Source: Oikopleura dioica (Eukaryota; Animalia; Chordata). Taken from it: a DNA stretch of 64,000 nt. Every line of letters begins with the position of its first letter. Positions within the stretch are counted from its first letter, which is position 1. Below the pieces are notes generated by a model. The model was not told the DNA's origin. It made no database searches and saw only the letters and a list, made by a program, of their open reading frames with translations. Where the stretch lies: assembly GCA_907165135.1 (NCBI GenBank), contig OU015567.1:6386001-6450000 (forward strand), written 5' to 3'. Positions 62,494 to 64,000 of the stretch are shown here, piece by piece. The translations under genes were made by a program, and so were the position numbers.

Positions 62494-64000
62494 TCAAAAA
62501 TATCCTTTTTCATGATCTGGAGCGTCAGGAATTTCACTTTGGCAAGTGTTTTCTTCGACCTAAAAACTTTAGTAAGGGGCTGAATACAGTACTATTGGCA
62601 ATAGTCTATTGCATTTACCTGGTAATCCAGGTCGAGATCGAGCTCTTCTCTGTCAGAACCCGGCGAGCAGTTGTTGATCGATCCGTCAGGAGAGCATGAT
62701 CTGATGTTAATTGACCCGCCAACTCTTCTGATCGGCGAACCGACGGGAGAAACTCTCGGTGGGTTCGCTGGCTCAACGTCCGGTACTTGCATCCACAACT
62801 CCTCTGTCGAATCCATCGTCTGTATTTGACAGCTTTGCATTCCCGGCTCTTCAGTATCGAAAATTACATTTGGAGCTTCATGATGAAGGGCTTCTGGAGC
62901 GTTCGAAATAACTGTATCGAGGAGTGTTTTCTCCGCTCCAGCTGCGTTTTCCCTTTTTCAAACCAATTAGATTTCAATAAGAAAAGATGGTTTTATATTA
63001 AGAATAACCTGATTCAATATAATTGTGAATAAAAGACCATCAAACCTCCTGTAGAAAAGAATGTAGACATCCTTTGCATCCCTCGCTGTCGGCCGTTTTA
63101 CACTAACATCTTGGTCATCGTAATAATTCCACTTTCCGTCGAACGGATTCTTCGCATAGGCAGTGTAATGCCCGACATTGGTTGTTCCAAAGTGCTAAAT
63201 GCTTTATTAGGAGTTAAATTTATTTTGAATCTTTACCTGAATCGAGCCAATCAAATTATACTTTCCCGATTTTTCTCCGTCAGCTGTTTCTAGCGCGCTC
63301 ACATCCAGTCCAATCCGATCGAAGAGCACCTCAGTGTCGATTTTCTTCGATATTGCGTTTTCAAAGACGAAGCGCTTTAGGTAGATTATCAATGTGTCAG
63401 GAAACCTCTGCACCGTCATCGTCTAAAGACAAAAACCATGATCAAGGAGAGAGCGGAAAGAAATCATACCTTTGTCGCGCTTGTGTTTTTCTGACATTTC
63501 TGACAGTAAACGCAATTTTCGCCCATTTCTTCAGGTGTTGTAAACTCTTTCAGGCATTTTTCTAGCGAAGGTCTTTTTGATTTGTCGAAGAGGTTATTGT
63601 AGCTCTCGCTGTTTTCCCAAGTGACGTTGCTGATTTCTGATTTCGTTACAATTTTGAAATGGTCGTTGCTTAATTTGAATAAGTTCAAAGGAATTGTTAA
63701 ATTGTCCTACGATTTGAGCTGGATATCGAAGTCAGGAGGTACGATACATCCTTGACAAGTGGAGCCGCATTTTGAACAGTATTCGCCGTTTATATTCGAG
63801 TAGTGAATGTCGAATTCCGGCATTTGTTCGGAAAATTGAAGCATGTACATCGTCACGTAATTATACAGCTTTGATGAATTGGCTGAACAGCTGATGAGCG
63901 CCGTTATCATGAATTTTGTCTTACTTTTTTTGCTTATTCGAATAGAAAAGGGGACAGAAACAGATCGCAGCTTGTCGTCAAGATCCTCGCTTTCTATTTT
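62494..64000 (-). CDS. Ubiquitin-specific protease (C19), 3' part; gene continues beyond the window
   Basis: CLKEFTTPEEM..YCQKCQK, LIIYLKRF, KYNLIG, GHYTAYAKN..WNYYDD and VYILFYRR (His box). Confidence 0.88.

Overview
Eukaryotic, very gene-dense animal DNA in the standard genetic code. Introns are typically 37-45 nt, several are non-canonical (GA-AG, GC-AG), and co-oriented genes sit 57-200 bp apart with an AG acceptor just before the ATG. This architecture best fits the larvacean tunicate Oikopleura (inference, no database search). About 27 spliced protein genes can be modelled: a tandem orphan pair, a MAP3K4-like kinase, LNX, GID4, DDX20, a stand-alone MoaC, ARF1, SDF2L1, integrin beta, eIF5B, LAP3, NDUFB10, INTS14, a DUSP22-like phosphatase, FA2H, GPATCH1, NIPSNAP, SUCLG1, LIN54/tesmin, LAMP, PPIE, eIF6, a partial USP and some orphans. 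There is also one tRNA-Asp(GTC) and at least 7 small inverted-repeat elements. The strongest signals are: (1) two non-autonomous 8-bp-TSD DNA transposons inserted in coding exons, one of them in eIF5B, whose ends supply splice sites that would restore the reading frame (transposon-to-intron conversion); (2) frame-enforced mutually exclusive transmembrane exons in integrin beta; (3) duplicated alternative C-terminal exons of the leucyl aminopeptidase catalytic domain; (4) a MoaC gene with no MoaA partner. Gene models were built by eye, so internal exon boundaries are hypotheses unless stated otherwise.
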